Shown: in pieces, positions 10,416 to 20,799 of the stretch
Numbering within the stretch: the stretch's first letter is position 1
Layout of the letters: each line of letters starts with the position of its first letter
NCBI GenBank assembly: GCA_963769935.1
Contig: CAVYNY010000011.1
Location: forward strand, 384,001 to 448,000
DNA: 64,000 bases
Direction of reading: 5' to 3'
Origin: an uncultured delta proteobacterium
Lineage (GTDB): Bacteria; Desulfobacterota; Desulfobacteria; Desulfobacterales; JAFDCJ01
Notes under the pieces: generated by a model
Told to the model about the DNA's origin: nothing
What the model saw: only the letters and a program-made list of their open reading frames with translations
Database searches by the model: none
Made by a program: the position numbers and the translations under genes

Positions 10416-10742
10416 TTAGTTAATAGTTGATAGTTAGTAGTTGATAGTTAGTAGTTGATAGCAGATAGTTCATAGTTGATAGGTAAAAGGCTAAAGGCTA
10501 AAGGTAAAAGGTTAAAGGCAAATGGTATTACTTTACGGTATGCGCTTTGCTCTATGCTCCTTACCCGCTCACCTTCCCAAATTCTTATCTTCTTCTTATC
10601 CTCTCTCCTTTCCGCCTTCCTACCCTCTCACTTTCTGATCTTCTTATCTTCTAACCTTCCCACCATCTTATCTTCTCGCCTTCTCTCTTTTATCGTCTGT
10701 CCTCTGACCTCTGTCTTCTATATCTATACTATGCCCTTTGCT
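10416..10742. repeat. Composite 7/8-mer repeat element, family C
   Basis: GATAGTT and TAAAGGC-type heptamers, a 44-bp core at 10514-10557, then TTCTTATC octamers and TCTGTCC heptamers. Homologous to 35452-35731 and 51581-51850. Confidence 0.85.
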
Positions 10743-11096
<354 letters not shown>

Positions 11097-11103
11097 CTAT
11101 GTT

Positions 11104-11215
11104 ATTGAATATTCAAGATTGCAAATTGAATATTTGTGGATGTCGCCTTGCTCTGTCCTTTTTAAAATGGAAACGATCCTTAAATATTCAATATTCAACC
11201 TAAAATATTCAATTG
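11104..11215. repeat. Palindromic intergenic element, family A
   Basis: attgaatattcaagattgcaaattgaatattt ... aaatattcaatattcaacctaaaatattcaat. Confidence 0.8.
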
Positions 11216-11284
11216 TTACCGGATCTTAATCACATTTCTATAGATTTTTTTGCCACAAAATACACAAAAATAAAAACTAAATTC

Positions 11285-12583
11285 CTATGATGCCTGTATC
11301 TCAAAGGCGCGTTCACCGTGGATGGAATTGTCGAGCCCGATGATTTCACTTTCTTCCTCCACCCGCAGACCTCCGGTTATAAATTTGGTTAGATAGGTGA
11401 CTATCAGGGTGCCGACGGCGGTGAACCCCGCCGTAGCGATGATTGACACGACTTGAAACCAGAGTTGTTTCGGATTGCCGTAAAACAACCCGCGTCCCGC
11501 CTCATTTATGGCCGGGCTGGCAAATAATCCGGTAGCCAACGCCCCCCATATGCCGCACATGCCGTGGACGCCGAACGCATCCAGCGAATCGTCATAGCCG
11601 ATTTTCTGTTTGATTTTGGCGACACTATAAAAGCCAAGCAAGCCGGCGCCGAGACCGATGAGCAAAGCGGCCGGCATATTGACAAACCCGGCGGCCGGCG
11701 TGATGGCTACCAGCCCGGCGACGATGCCGGAGGCCAGGCCCAGCACCGTCGGCTTTTTTTCCACCACCCACTCGGCAAACATCCAGGCCAACGCGCCCAT
11801 GGCGGCCGAAGTGTTGGTAACCAGAAAGGCCGAGCCGGCAATTCCGTCCGCCGCCAGCTGACTGCCGGCATTAAAGCCGAACCAACCGAACCACAACAGG
11901 GCGGCTCCCAGCGCCGTCAACGCAATACTGGAGGGAAACATGGCTTCCCTGCCGTAACCGATTCTTTTGCCCAGCACCAGCGACAGCACCAATCCCCCTA
12001 CGCCGGCATTTATATGAACAACCGTACCGCCGGCAAAATCCAGAGCGCCCATGCGGCCCATCCAGCCGCCGCCCCATACCCAGTGAGCGATCGGGCAGTA
12101 TATGAACGTAACCCAGAGTACCGTAAATACGATCCAGGAGGAAAACTTCATCCGGTCCACGATCGAACCCAGCACCAGCGCCACGGTGATGCAGGCAAAC
12201 GTCATTTGAAACAGGGCAAACACATAGGTCGGTATCGTGCCCGAAAGACTGGCCACGCCGATGCCGGCCATAAAAACGTTTGACAAACCGCCGATGATGC
12301 CCGCCTTGTCCGGTCCGAAAGACAGCGTATATCCCCACATCATCCAGATGACGCTCGCCAGGCAGTAAGCCACCATGGTCATGGCAAATGTATTCAGCAG
12401 GTTCTTATAGCGGGACATGCCGCCGTAAAACAATGCCAAACCGGCCGGAGTCATCATCATGACCAGCGCGGTCGATACAATCATCCAGGCCGTATCACCG
12501 GAATTCAAACCGTCGGCAGCCAACGCCGGGGAGACAGGTACGGCAAGCAAAACCGCAGCGGTCGGCAAACATTTCAGATTCAT
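11285..12583 (-). CDS. amtB: Ammonium transporter
   Basis: GDTAW, GLALFYGG, FQMTFA, DFAGGTVVH, LLWFGWFGFNAGS, YDDSLDAFGVHG. Start moved to ATG 12583 (GGGGAG RBS, signal peptide). Confidence 0.96.
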   Translation of the reverse strand: MNLKCLPTAAVLLAVPVSPALAADGLNSGDTAWMIVSTALVMMMTPAGLALFYGGMSRYKNLLNTFAMTMVAYCLASVIWMMWGYTLSFGPDKAGIIGGLSNVFMAGIGVASLSGTIPTYVFALFQMTFACITVALVLGSIVDRMKFSSWIVFTVLWVTFIYCPIAHWVWGGGWMGRMGALDFAGGTVVHINAGVGGLVLSLVLGKRIGYGREAMFPSSIALTALGAALLWFGWFGFNAGSQLAADGIAGSAFLVTNTSAAMGALAWMFAEWVVEKKPTVLGLASGIVAGLVAITPAAGFVNMPAALLIGLGAGLLGFYSVAKIKQKIGYDDSLDAFGVHGMCGIWGALATGLFASPAINEAGRGLFYGNPKQLWFQVVSIIATAGFTAVGTLIVTYLTKFITGGLRVEEESEIIGLDNSIHGERAFEIQAS

Positions 12584-12608
12584 TTTTTTAATTTCTCCCC
12601 CCCTCTTC

Positions 12609-12747
12609 GATTGAATATTGAAGATTGTCAATTGAATATTTAAGGTATTCTATCGATTTATTTTTCTTCCCTTAACTCCACTTTTAGAAGATTTGAATCA
12701 GATTAAAAATCCTTAATTCGTCATTCGACAATTGTCATTTGTCATTC
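12609..12747. repeat. Palindromic intergenic element, family A
   Basis: gattgaatattgaagattgtcaattgaatatttaaggtattctatcgat ... aattcgtcattcgacaattgtcatttgtcatt. Confidence 0.8.
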
Positions 12748-12750
12748 CAT

Positions 12751-15390
12751 TTATATGCTCGGCAGCCTTTCAAGGACAGCCGACTTTATATGCGCTACCT
12801 GATCCTCCGAATCCACTTTTTGGCCGTGGAGATCCCAGACATAAAATACATCTACCACCTGGTCGGCTTTGGTCGCTATTTTGGCGACCCAGATGTTCAG
12901 ATCGCAGTTAAACAGGGCATCCGTGATGCTGAAAAGCAAACCGGGAAAATCATACGTAAAAACTTCGACAATGGTAAAAAAACTGGAGCTGTTATTGTCC
13001 ACTTTCACACGATGGGGTAAGCGACGCATGCCGTTTTTGATTTGGCGGTAAGCGGACATTTTTTTTCTGACGGCCGCTGCCAGGCTTAACTCTCCGGATA
13101 AGGCCGCAGAAAGATGGCCTGCGGTCCGCTGCCATTTCTCATCTTCCATTATTTGATCCGGCGGCGGATTGACCTCAAAAATATCCAGAGCGATGTTGTT
13201 GCGCCAAGTGAACACCTGGACATCGAGAATGTCGATGTTATTTAAGGTAAATACCCCGGCAATTTTTGAAATCAGCCCGGGGCGGTCTTTGGCGCAGATG
13301 GTGACCGAGCGGGTGTTCGCGTCGGCTGAGCGTTTGACATCCCACAGGAAGTCGGCGTCGCCAAGTTGGCGATAAAGCGCAATATGTTCCAGGATTGACT
13401 TGGCCGGCATGTAAAGACGGTAGCGCGGAGACATTTTGTCGAACAGAGCGGAAGTGGCCTGGGCTTCAAGGGAGGGGACGGAACCGAGGATTATTTTTCT
13501 TTTCTGCTCAATGACATTGACGGCCTCTTCGGTGGCCAGTTCTCCTTTCTCCAGTACGTTTAGAACTTTGAGAAAAAAATCCCGCAGCAAAGCGGCCGTC
13601 CAGTCGTTCCATGCCGTCGGGCCGGTTGAGATGGAGTCGGACACGGTCAGCAGATACAGCATTTTCAACCGTTCAATATCTTTAATTTTTCTGGCACTGG
13701 AAATGGCTGTTTCTTCATCATTAATATCCCGGCGGGTGGCGGTTTTGATCAAGTGGAGGTGATGCCGGACGAGAAAAACGACGCTTTCGACGTCCCGGAC
13801 TTTCAGGCCTTTTTTGGTGAGGAGTTTTTCGATGATGGCGGCGCCTTTTTCCGCATGGTCTTCGGTCGCATCCCCTTTGCCGATGTCGTGGAGCAGCGCG
13901 GCCCAGAGCAAAATATGTTTGTTCTTGAGCTCACGGTAGAGCTGGGCGCATAGCGGCTCCAGACTGCTGTCCAAGGTCGTGCCGAATTTTTTGATGGTCT
14001 GGACGGTTCGCAGCAAATGTTTGTCCACCGGGTACAAATGGTATTCATCGTATTGGATGCGGTTTATGACACCGCGAAAGGCCGGCAATAACCGCACCAG
14101 AAATCCGGTGTTCAGCAATTCATTCAACACATTCAGCGGCGCGACCGGAGCTGCCAGAATGCGTTCGAAAGATTGCACCACCGGCTCGGAGTCGCAAAAT
14201 CGTCGATTGGCCAGATGGGAAAATTCTTTGACCAGTCTTTTGGCCTCTGCGCTCAGCGGAATCTGCAATCGGGCGCTTTCTTCAAATATCCTGATTAAAA
14301 GATCCGGAGATTCAATAATTTTTTCGGGGGCCGCAAAATTAAGCATGCCCCATTCGATTACTTCCAGACCGTCGACATCGCTCTTTTTCTGGGATTTCCT
14401 TCTCCTCTGGCGCTTTTTTTCAAGGCCCAGCTCATACAAAAACATCAGATGCTGCTGCTTCAGCGATTCCATGCACCCGTGCAGGTCTCCCAGAAACCGC
14501 TCCACCGGCTGTTGCCCATTGTTGGCTTTATAGTTCAATGTCTCGGCCAGCTTGATCTGGTTTTCAAAGTGCAGCTGATCGCATTTTCGGCCGCAAAGGT
14601 GGTGCAGGTGGTTGCGCACCAGCCAGATAAATTTCAGGCAGCGCCTTAGGGTTCGGTACTCCTCATGGGAGAGCAGTCCGAAGTATTCAAGATCGCGCGG
14701 CTCCTTCAGGTTAAACTCGATCTGTCCGATCCACAACATGGTATGATAGTCCCGCAGGCCGCCCCGCCCCTCCTTAAGGTTGGGTTCGAGAAGATAGGTC
14801 GAATCGCCGAAGTGGCCATGCCGCATTTCATTGTTCTGAACGAGCCAGCTAATAATGGAGCGGGATTTTTTGCGGATAATCTTTTGACGCAACTGCTCCA
14901 TCAGATCAGAAAATAGATGCGACCAGCCGCAGATAAACCGTGCATCCAGGACCGGGGTCAATATGTCGAAATCCCTTCCGCAAAGCTGCAGAGACTCTTT
15001 GAGGGACCGGGTGGCGTAACCGACATCCAGACCGATATCCCACAAAGGATATACAATCTCCCGGATCAGGTTCTCGGCTTGATCCGGCACCCTTTTTTTG
15101 AATAAAAACAACAGGTCGACATCGGAATGAATGCATTGTTCCTGCCGGCCATAGCCGCCCAGGGCAATTATGGCATACGGATTTTTGCTGATATCCATGC
15201 GGGGACCGACCATGCTGGTCTCAAAAGCCTGCCTGAAATAATCATCCAGAATGCGGGCATGCCTTCTAAGAAAGTCAGGCTCTTTGCCGTCTAATAGACG
15301 GTCTATCAGCGCCCCGGTTTTCTGCTGCAGCTCCGCAGATGCATGTTCAAAAATGTTGTCCATATTAATATTCTGGGTAGCCGGTAACAT
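12751..15390 (-). CDS. glnD: PII uridylyltransferase/uridylyl-removing enzyme
   Basis: ALGGYGR..SDVDLL, EPNLKEGRGGLRD, HD domain (LLHDIGKG), two ACT domains (DRPGL, DFPGLL..DVFYV). Confidence 0.95.
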   Translation of the reverse strand: MLPATQNINMDNIFEHASAELQQKTGALIDRLLDGKEPDFLRRHARILDDYFRQAFETSMVGPRMDISKNPYAIIALGGYGRQEQCIHSDVDLLFLFKKRVPDQAENLIREIVYPLWDIGLDVGYATRSLKESLQLCGRDFDILTPVLDARFICGWSHLFSDLMEQLRQKIIRKKSRSIISWLVQNNEMRHGHFGDSTYLLEPNLKEGRGGLRDYHTMLWIGQIEFNLKEPRDLEYFGLLSHEEYRTLRRCLKFIWLVRNHLHHLCGRKCDQLHFENQIKLAETLNYKANNGQQPVERFLGDLHGCMESLKQQHLMFLYELGLEKKRQRRRKSQKKSDVDGLEVIEWGMLNFAAPEKIIESPDLLIRIFEESARLQIPLSAEAKRLVKEFSHLANRRFCDSEPVVQSFERILAAPVAPLNVLNELLNTGFLVRLLPAFRGVINRIQYDEYHLYPVDKHLLRTVQTIKKFGTTLDSSLEPLCAQLYRELKNKHILLWAALLHDIGKGDATEDHAEKGAAIIEKLLTKKGLKVRDVESVVFLVRHHLHLIKTATRRDINDEETAISSARKIKDIERLKMLYLLTVSDSISTGPTAWNDWTAALLRDFFLKVLNVLEKGELATEEAVNVIEQKRKIILGSVPSLEAQATSALFDKMSPRYRLYMPAKSILEHIALYRQLGDADFLWDVKRSADANTRSVTICAKDRPGLISKIAGVFTLNNIDILDVQVFTWRNNIALDIFEVNPPPDQIMEDEKWQRTAGHLSAALSGELSLAAAVRKKMSAYRQIKNGMRRLPHRVKVDNNSSSFFTIVEVFTYDFPGLLFSITDALFNCDLNIWVAKIATKADQVVDVFYVWDLHGQKVDSEDQVAHIKSAVLERLPSI

Positions 15391-15567
15391 TAAAATTTTC
15401 CCCGCCTGATTACTCCGCCCTGAAAATCAGAGACATCCGGTTTAGAAAACACCAAATGGTCAAATTGAACCTGATGAAAATTTGCACTGTTGCCCGGACG
15501 GATGAATTGCCTTTTTCAAAGAATCCTATCCAATCTCGAACATGCTATCTTTCAGCGCGGATTAATC

Positions 15568-15583
15568 AGCAATATGTGTGCCA
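15568..15583 (-). promoter_or_regulatory. sigma54 (-24/-12) promoter of glnD-amtB-glnB-glnA
   Basis: Minus strand TGGCAC-ACATA-TTGCT, an exact consensus match. Confidence 0.85.
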
Positions 15584-15662
15584 TGGCATGGCTAGACTCA
15601 GAAAAGGTAATGGTTTCAATGGATAGAACGATTAAACCCAATAAAAAATAAAAATAAGTTAT

Positions 15663-15707
15663 TACAAATTTGCTGAAAATTTGTTAAAAATATTACAAAT
15701 TTGTAAT
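15663..15707. promoter_or_regulatory. Candidate upstream activator sequence for the glnD promoter
   Basis: Perfect palindrome ATTACAAATTTGTAAT (15692-15707), second copy TACAaattTGCT (15663-15674), and an overlapping TGT-N10-ACA (15682-15697). Confidence 0.7.
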
Positions 15708-15719
15708 TCCTCTTTTTTA

Positions 15720-18638
15720 TTATTTGCCGTCGAACACGCTTTGCCAGATTTCGGCCACTCTTTGCTGCAGGTGGCTGTATCTTTCCCGCGGGACACTGGA
15801 GGGCTTCTCCTGCAGACTGAGTTGATGCGCGGCGGCGCGGTAGATTAAATAGGCATGTTTGAGCAGGTGAGCGGTATACTCATCCAGCACACCGGTTTCG
15901 CTCAAGGATTGAAGCAGGCGGACATTGTCGGTCCATTTCAGCAGGCCGGGATGTTTGTGGGAATTGAGCAGCACGAGATACTGCACCAGAAACTCAATAT
16001 CCACCATGGCTCCGACGTCCTGTTTGAGGTCAAAAACCTCCGGGGCCGGGTTGAGAAGTTCTTTGCGCATTTTCTCGCGCATCCGCACGACCTCTTCTTT
16101 CAGCCTGGTTTCAGGCCGTGAACGGGCAAGCACTTTTGAGCGTATCGTTTCAAAGCGTTCGGCCAATATTTCATCCCCGCAGATGGGTCGCGCCTTGATC
16201 AGCGCCTGATGTTCCCAGGTCCAGGCCTCGTCGAGCTGGTAATCTCCAAAAGCCTTGATATGGCTGACCAGTATGCCGGAACTGCCGCTGGGCCTCAAAC
16301 GCATGTCGATTTCGTAGGCCTTGCCGGCGCGGGTATGAGCGGTGAGGATGTGAATGACGCGCTGGCCGAGTCGGTTGAAGAACTGCGCGCTGTCGATGGC
16401 ACTCCTGCCGCCCCGGGTTGGCGCGCCGGTTCCCGCGTGCAGAAAAACGAGGTCAAGATCCGACCCATAGCCGAGTTCCAGTCCGCCGAGCTTGCCGTAA
16501 GCGACAACGGCAAAGCCCCGCTGGCAGGCCCTGTTCTCCAGCCGGCAGGCCGGGACACCGTGTTTTGCCACCAGATGATTGAAGGCCAGATCGACCACCT
16601 CTTTAAGAATGGTTTCGGCGATTGCCGAGAGATAATCACTGACCCGCATCAGCGGCAAGGTGCCGGCAACATCGGCCGTCGCCACGCGCAGGACATTGAC
16701 CTGTTTGAAAATGCACAGCTGTTCAATCTGGTATTCCAGGTCGTCAGGCGCTACCAGGTCAAGTCGCCGGCGCAAACCGACCTGCAATTCGCGACTTTCA
16801 GGGGGCAGATAAAGGGTGCGCGCATCCAGCAGTTCATCCAGCAGCACCGGATGGCGCGCCAGAAAAGAGGCAATCCAGGGACTGGCATTCGACAGTTTCA
16901 CCAGATGGGAGAGGGCGGTGGGGTTCTCCAGCAGCAGGGCCAGGTAGCTGGAGCGCCTTTCAATGGTTTTGATCAAATCGACAATGCGGCGCAGGGTGAT
17001 CAGCGGATATTCACAGGCACTGATCTCTTTTAAAAAAAGGGGCATCAATTTATCAAGCCGCCGGCGCCCCCTGGAACTCAACGCCCGGGTTGCCGGATCG
17101 TTTTTTAAATAACCCAAAAGCTGCAGCACTTCATTCGGTTGCTCATAACCCAGTTCGGCAAGCATGCCTGGGGCCTGCCGGTCATCCACCGGATTTTGCC
17201 AGATGCCGTCCAACCGGTCCTCAGTTTTCAGCCGCGGATCCTCGCTGTCACCGGATGCCAGGAGCATCTGGAAATGGTCGTGAACGCTTTTTCGCCGATT
17301 ATTCAATGTCGCATCAAATGCCTGGATCGCCGCAAAACCCATGGAATTCGCCAGGCGCAATTGTCCGATTTCATCGGACGGCAGCTGGTGGGTTTGCTGA
17401 TCGGCGCACTCCTGGAGCCTGTTTTCGGTGCGGCGCAAAAAAATGTAGGCCCCGGTCAGCTCATCGCACACCGCCTGCGGGATTTGCTGTTCATCGGCCA
17501 GCGCTTTTAAAACATTCAAGATGCCGGTCTGCTGAAGAGACGGAACCACGCCGCCGCGGATCAGCTGGAAAATCTGGCCGAAAAATTCGATCTCCCGGAT
17601 TCCGCCCGGTCCCAGCTTGATATCGTTTGCCATGCCTTTACGTTTGACTTCCCGGGTGATCATCTGCTTCATTTCTCTTAGCGACTCAAAGGCGCTGTAA
17701 TCCAGGTATCGGCGGTAAATAAACGGATGAAGCTGTTCAAGCAGATGCGCCCCGGCAGCTTTATCGCCGGCCGCAGTTCTGGCTTTGATCAGGGCATAGC
17801 GCTCCCATTCCCGCCCTTGGTCCTGGTAATAGTGCTCCAAGGCATTAAAATCCATGGCCAACGGACCGCTTTCGCCAAAAGGGCGCAGGCGCAGATCAAC
17901 CCGAAACACAAATCCATCGGCCGTCGGATGGCCGATGACTTTTATCAGGCGGCGGCACAGCCGCGAAAAAAAATCCTCATTGCTCACCGAACTGCCGGCC
18001 CCGCGGGTTTGGCCGGCCTTTGGATAGGCGAAGATTAAGTCGACATCGGAGGAAAAATTGAGTTCACGGGCGCCCAGCTTGCCCAGGCCTAAAACAACCA
18101 GATGCTGTTTTGAGCCGTCGGCGGCCGTCGGCACCCCCAAGGTCGCACACTGCCATTGGTAAAGAACGTCGAGAGTCTGTTCCAGGCAGGCATCCGCAAA
18201 AGCAGACAATTCCGTCATGGTTTCCAACAGATTCGCCCAGCCCGCCAAATCCCGCCAGGCAATGCGGGTCAGCTCGCGACGGCGACAGCGGCGCAGCAGA
18301 CCCATCAACGCTTGTTCATCATTGACACCCGCCGTCAGCTCTTTGAATTTGCGCTGATACTCGTCGGGTTGGAGTCTGCGGATCAAATCACCGCTTGCCA
18401 CAAGGTCGCCCAAGAGGGACGGCTCGCGCGTGCACCCGGCGGACACAAACTCACTGAAGGCCAATACCGGCGCCAGGCTTTTGAGTATTTCGGGATTGGT
18501 GAAGGGGGGGATGCCGGCCGCCGCCGCCGAGGTTTGAAAGGCCCGCCAGCGGATCCGGAAGGCTTCAGCGAGAGGTTGGGGGAGATTGTCGGGAAATGTC
18601 CATTGTCCGTTGTCGGTTGTCCGTTGCATATTATCCAT
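15720..18638 (-). CDS. glnE: Bifunctional glutamine synthetase adenylyltransferase/adenylyl-removing enzyme
   Basis: Two nucleotidyltransferase domains: LGKLGARELNFSSDVDL..RVDLRLRPFG and YGKLGGLELGYGSDLDL..DMRLRPSG; WEHQAL. Confidence 0.96.
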   Translation of the reverse strand: MDNMQRTTDNGQWTFPDNLPQPLAEAFRIRWRAFQTSAAAAGIPPFTNPEILKSLAPVLAFSEFVSAGCTREPSLLGDLVASGDLIRRLQPDEYQRKFKELTAGVNDEQALMGLLRRCRRRELTRIAWRDLAGWANLLETMTELSAFADACLEQTLDVLYQWQCATLGVPTAADGSKQHLVVLGLGKLGARELNFSSDVDLIFAYPKAGQTRGAGSSVSNEDFFSRLCRRLIKVIGHPTADGFVFRVDLRLRPFGESGPLAMDFNALEHYYQDQGREWERYALIKARTAAGDKAAGAHLLEQLHPFIYRRYLDYSAFESLREMKQMITREVKRKGMANDIKLGPGGIREIEFFGQIFQLIRGGVVPSLQQTGILNVLKALADEQQIPQAVCDELTGAYIFLRRTENRLQECADQQTHQLPSDEIGQLRLANSMGFAAIQAFDATLNNRRKSVHDHFQMLLASGDSEDPRLKTEDRLDGIWQNPVDDRQAPGMLAELGYEQPNEVLQLLGYLKNDPATRALSSRGRRRLDKLMPLFLKEISACEYPLITLRRIVDLIKTIERRSSYLALLLENPTALSHLVKLSNASPWIASFLARHPVLLDELLDARTLYLPPESRELQVGLRRRLDLVAPDDLEYQIEQLCIFKQVNVLRVATADVAGTLPLMRVSDYLSAIAETILKEVVDLAFNHLVAKHGVPACRLENRACQRGFAVVAYGKLGGLELGYGSDLDLVFLHAGTGAPTRGGRSAIDSAQFFNRLGQRVIHILTAHTRAGKAYEIDMRLRPSGSSGILVSHIKAFGDYQLDEAWTWEHQALIKARPICGDEILAERFETIRSKVLARSRPETRLKEEVVRMREKMRKELLNPAPEVFDLKQDVGAMVDIEFLVQYLVLLNSHKHPGLLKWTDNVRLLQSLSETGVLDEYTAHLLKHAYLIYRAAAHQLSLQEKPSSVPRERYSHLQQRVAEIWQSVFDGK

Positions 18639-18658
18639 TGTCAGCTAATCCGGATTCC

Positions 18659-19114
18659 CTAATCCGATGACGGCGGCAGCAGCTTATAAATTTCAAGCAA
18701 ACGACTGCCCAAGGTGGCCGCCAGATGCTTAAAGAAAATTATTCCGTTGGCCGGATCTTCTTCCAGCACTTTGCCAAGCTTATTACAATCTGTTACAAGC
18801 AATTTGGTCTGCTCGACACATTCGGCGGAGGCCGAATATGTGTCACGTCCAATTAAGCTGGACCAGCCGAAGGCCTCCCCGTTTTTGCCGATATCGTATA
18901 CCATCCGGCTGCCTTCACCGATGCTCAACTTTACCCTGCCGTTGAGCAGGATGTAAAAAAACCGGGCCGGATCATTTTCACGAAACAGGACGTCACCTTT
19001 TTCATGGGATATCATGCGAGATATTTCCATGATTTTCTTGACGAAATCCATGCTCGTTCCCAATAGAAGATCTGATTGCTTGATATACATGATTTTCACC
19101 GCCTCACCGGACAA
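18659..19114 (-). CDS. Stand-alone cyclic-nucleotide-binding (Crp-like effector) domain protein
   Basis: KGDVLFREND..FYILLNGRV..GEAFGW..YSASA; no HTH. True start may be ~19090-19099. Confidence 0.8.
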   Translation of the reverse strand: MSGEAVKIMYIKQSDLLLGTSMDFVKKIMEISRMISHEKGDVLFRENDPARFFYILLNGRVKLSIGEGSRMVYDIGKNGEAFGWSSLIGRDTYSASAECVEQTKLLVTDCNKLGKVLEEDPANGIIFFKHLAATLGSRLLEIYKLLPPSSD

Positions 19115-19184
19115 TCCGATTTGTCTTTAGCCTTATGCGGCTTAATATAAAATCAAGTGTCCGGCATGTCAAAACATAAATTGT

Positions 19185-19196
19185 TACATTTTTGTA
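19185..19196. promoter_or_regulatory. Candidate upstream activator sequence for the glutamate synthase promoter
   Basis: TACAttttTGTA, at almost the same distance from the -24 box as the site at the glnD promoter. Confidence 0.65.
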
Positions 19197-19305
19197 GCTT
19201 GCTGGGCGCTTAAAAAACATTAATGCCATTAAAAATTGACAAAGCGAGCAGCTGCTTTTAAAGTCCGCCGTGGTTTTTGCCTTGAAAAAAGTCCAAAACC
19301 GATTG

Positions 19306-19321
19306 TGGCACGCCTATTGCT
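19306..19321 (+). promoter_or_regulatory. sigma54 (-24/-12) promoter of the glutamate synthase operon
   Basis: TGGCAC-GCCTA-TTGCT, an exact consensus match. Confidence 0.85.
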
Positions 19322-19457
19322 GCAGTCATGACCATCATGCGAGATTGATGATACCGGGTGCGGCCGGGGCATTAAGGCTCTCAATAAGCGAGTTGTGAAA
19401 TTAATTAATTTTAATATTTTCCTAATCCGAAAAAAGTGATATAAGCTCAGAACCGAA

Positions 19458-19486
19458 TTAGCGAAATTTTTTGATTGGGCTATAAT
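19458..19486 (+). promoter_or_regulatory. Possible second, sigma70-type promoter
   Basis: TTAGCG-N17-TATAAT (perfect -10, weak -35). Confidence 0.4.
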
Positions 19487-19668
19487 TTGGAATTTTTGAA
19501 ATTTACCTGACTATGCCCGCACGGGCATTTTAAACAGTGTTGGTCGGCAATTGAAAACTCAACATTTTGCCCCGTCCGGCTGCGACGGGTTCCAGCCTAT
19601 TTAATGCCCCGCGTCATTTAAATGCATGCCCGTCGAAATGAATTCCATTCATAAAAGGAGTTGAAAAA

Positions 19669-20799
19669 ATGTGCCGTTTATTTTCAATAACGAGCAGAGA
19701 TCCGCTGTCTCCCATGGTCGCCCTGCAGGCTCTGGATGTCATGCGCGAAGGCCATGACTGTTCCGGTGTCGGGATTTTTTTGCGTGATCTGGCCGGACCG
19801 TTTGAGGAGATCAAAGACGCCCCGATTCTATCCGGTATTTTCAGCGATTCCGGGTTGAGGCGCCTGGATTCCTTTATGATGGATGTCGGCTTTATGACGA
19901 AATATAAAATTTCCATCAAATTGCCTAAAACACCGCCGCCGGGCGTGCCCAAGCGGGATGTCTATTTAATCCGGGCCTACGAGTACCCGGAGGAATGGGA
20001 AGAATTAAGCCGGCAGGAACTGTATGACAGGCTGTTGATGATCCGGCTGCAGCTGAGGGCCATGGGTGAGGAAAAAAACGACATGATCGTCTATTCCTTC
20101 TGGCCGGATGTGATTATGATCAAGGAAATCGGGGATCCCCTGCTGGTGGCGGAGCATTTAAATCTTGACCGCAAAGAACTGCATGCCCGGGTTATCATGG
20201 CCCAGGGCCGGCAGAACACCAACTATGCCATTACGCTTTACGCGTGTCATCCTTTCTTCATTCAGGGCTATTCAACGATGACCAACGGGGAAAACACCGC
20301 CTTTGTTCCGATCAGATCCTATCTCGAATCCCGGGGATTTCCGGGATACTCCGGCTACCAATCGGATTCGGAAGTTTTCACCCACATCCTGCATTATACG
20401 ATCAAAAAGCTTGGCCTGGGAATCGAAACTTACAAGCACGTCATTACGCCGCTGCAGGATGAAGATCTGCAGGATCACCCCAATGCCCATTTCTTAAAAA
20501 ACCTGAAGCAAACCTGCCGGCAGTTAATTATTGACGGCCCCAATTGCGTCATCGGCTGTCTGCCGGACCACAGCGTTTTTATGGTGCAGGACCGCAAGAA
20601 GCTCCGGCCGGGGGTTGTGGGCGGCAGGCCCGGAATGTATGCATTTGCTTCAGAAATTTGCGGCCTGGATGCCGCAATACCGAATCGTGATAAACTCCGG
20701 GACTTTCAGCCGATGTATTTGGATACGGTCGTCGTTGGTCCGGATCGACAGGAGGTGTCGATATGCTCCCAGACAGACCCATTAACCCTTCCACATTAA
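19669..20799 (+). CDS. Glutamate synthase, class II glutamine amidotransferase subunit (GltB domain 1)
   Basis: N-terminal nucleophile MCRL, GRQNTN, CHPF, TNGE, SDSEV, DRKKLRP. Confidence 0.85.
   Translation: MCRLFSITSRDPLSPMVALQALDVMREGHDCSGVGIFLRDLAGPFEEIKDAPILSGIFSDSGLRRLDSFMMDVGFMTKYKISIKLPKTPPPGVPKRDVYLIRAYEYPEEWEELSRQELYDRLLMIRLQLRAMGEEKNDMIVYSFWPDVIMIKEIGDPLLVAEHLNLDRKELHARVIMAQGRQNTNYAITLYACHPFFIQGYSTMTNGENTAFVPIRSYLESRGFPGYSGYQSDSEVFTHILHYTIKKLGLGIETYKHVITPLQDEDLQDHPNAHFLKNLKQTCRQLIIDGPNCVIGCLPDHSVFMVQDRKKLRPGVVGGRPGMYAFASEICGLDAAIPNRDKLRDFQPMYLDTVVVGPDRQEVSICSQTDPLTLPH

Noticed and set aside
10416..10520. Possible CRISPR array in the tandem repeat tracts (also 35452-35520)
   Set aside because: Units are 7-9 nt, contiguous and lack unique spacers; no cas genes in the window.
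11236..11258. TGGCAAAAAAATCTAT upstream of glnB as a sigma54 promoter
   Set aside because: No TTGC -12 element at the required spacing.
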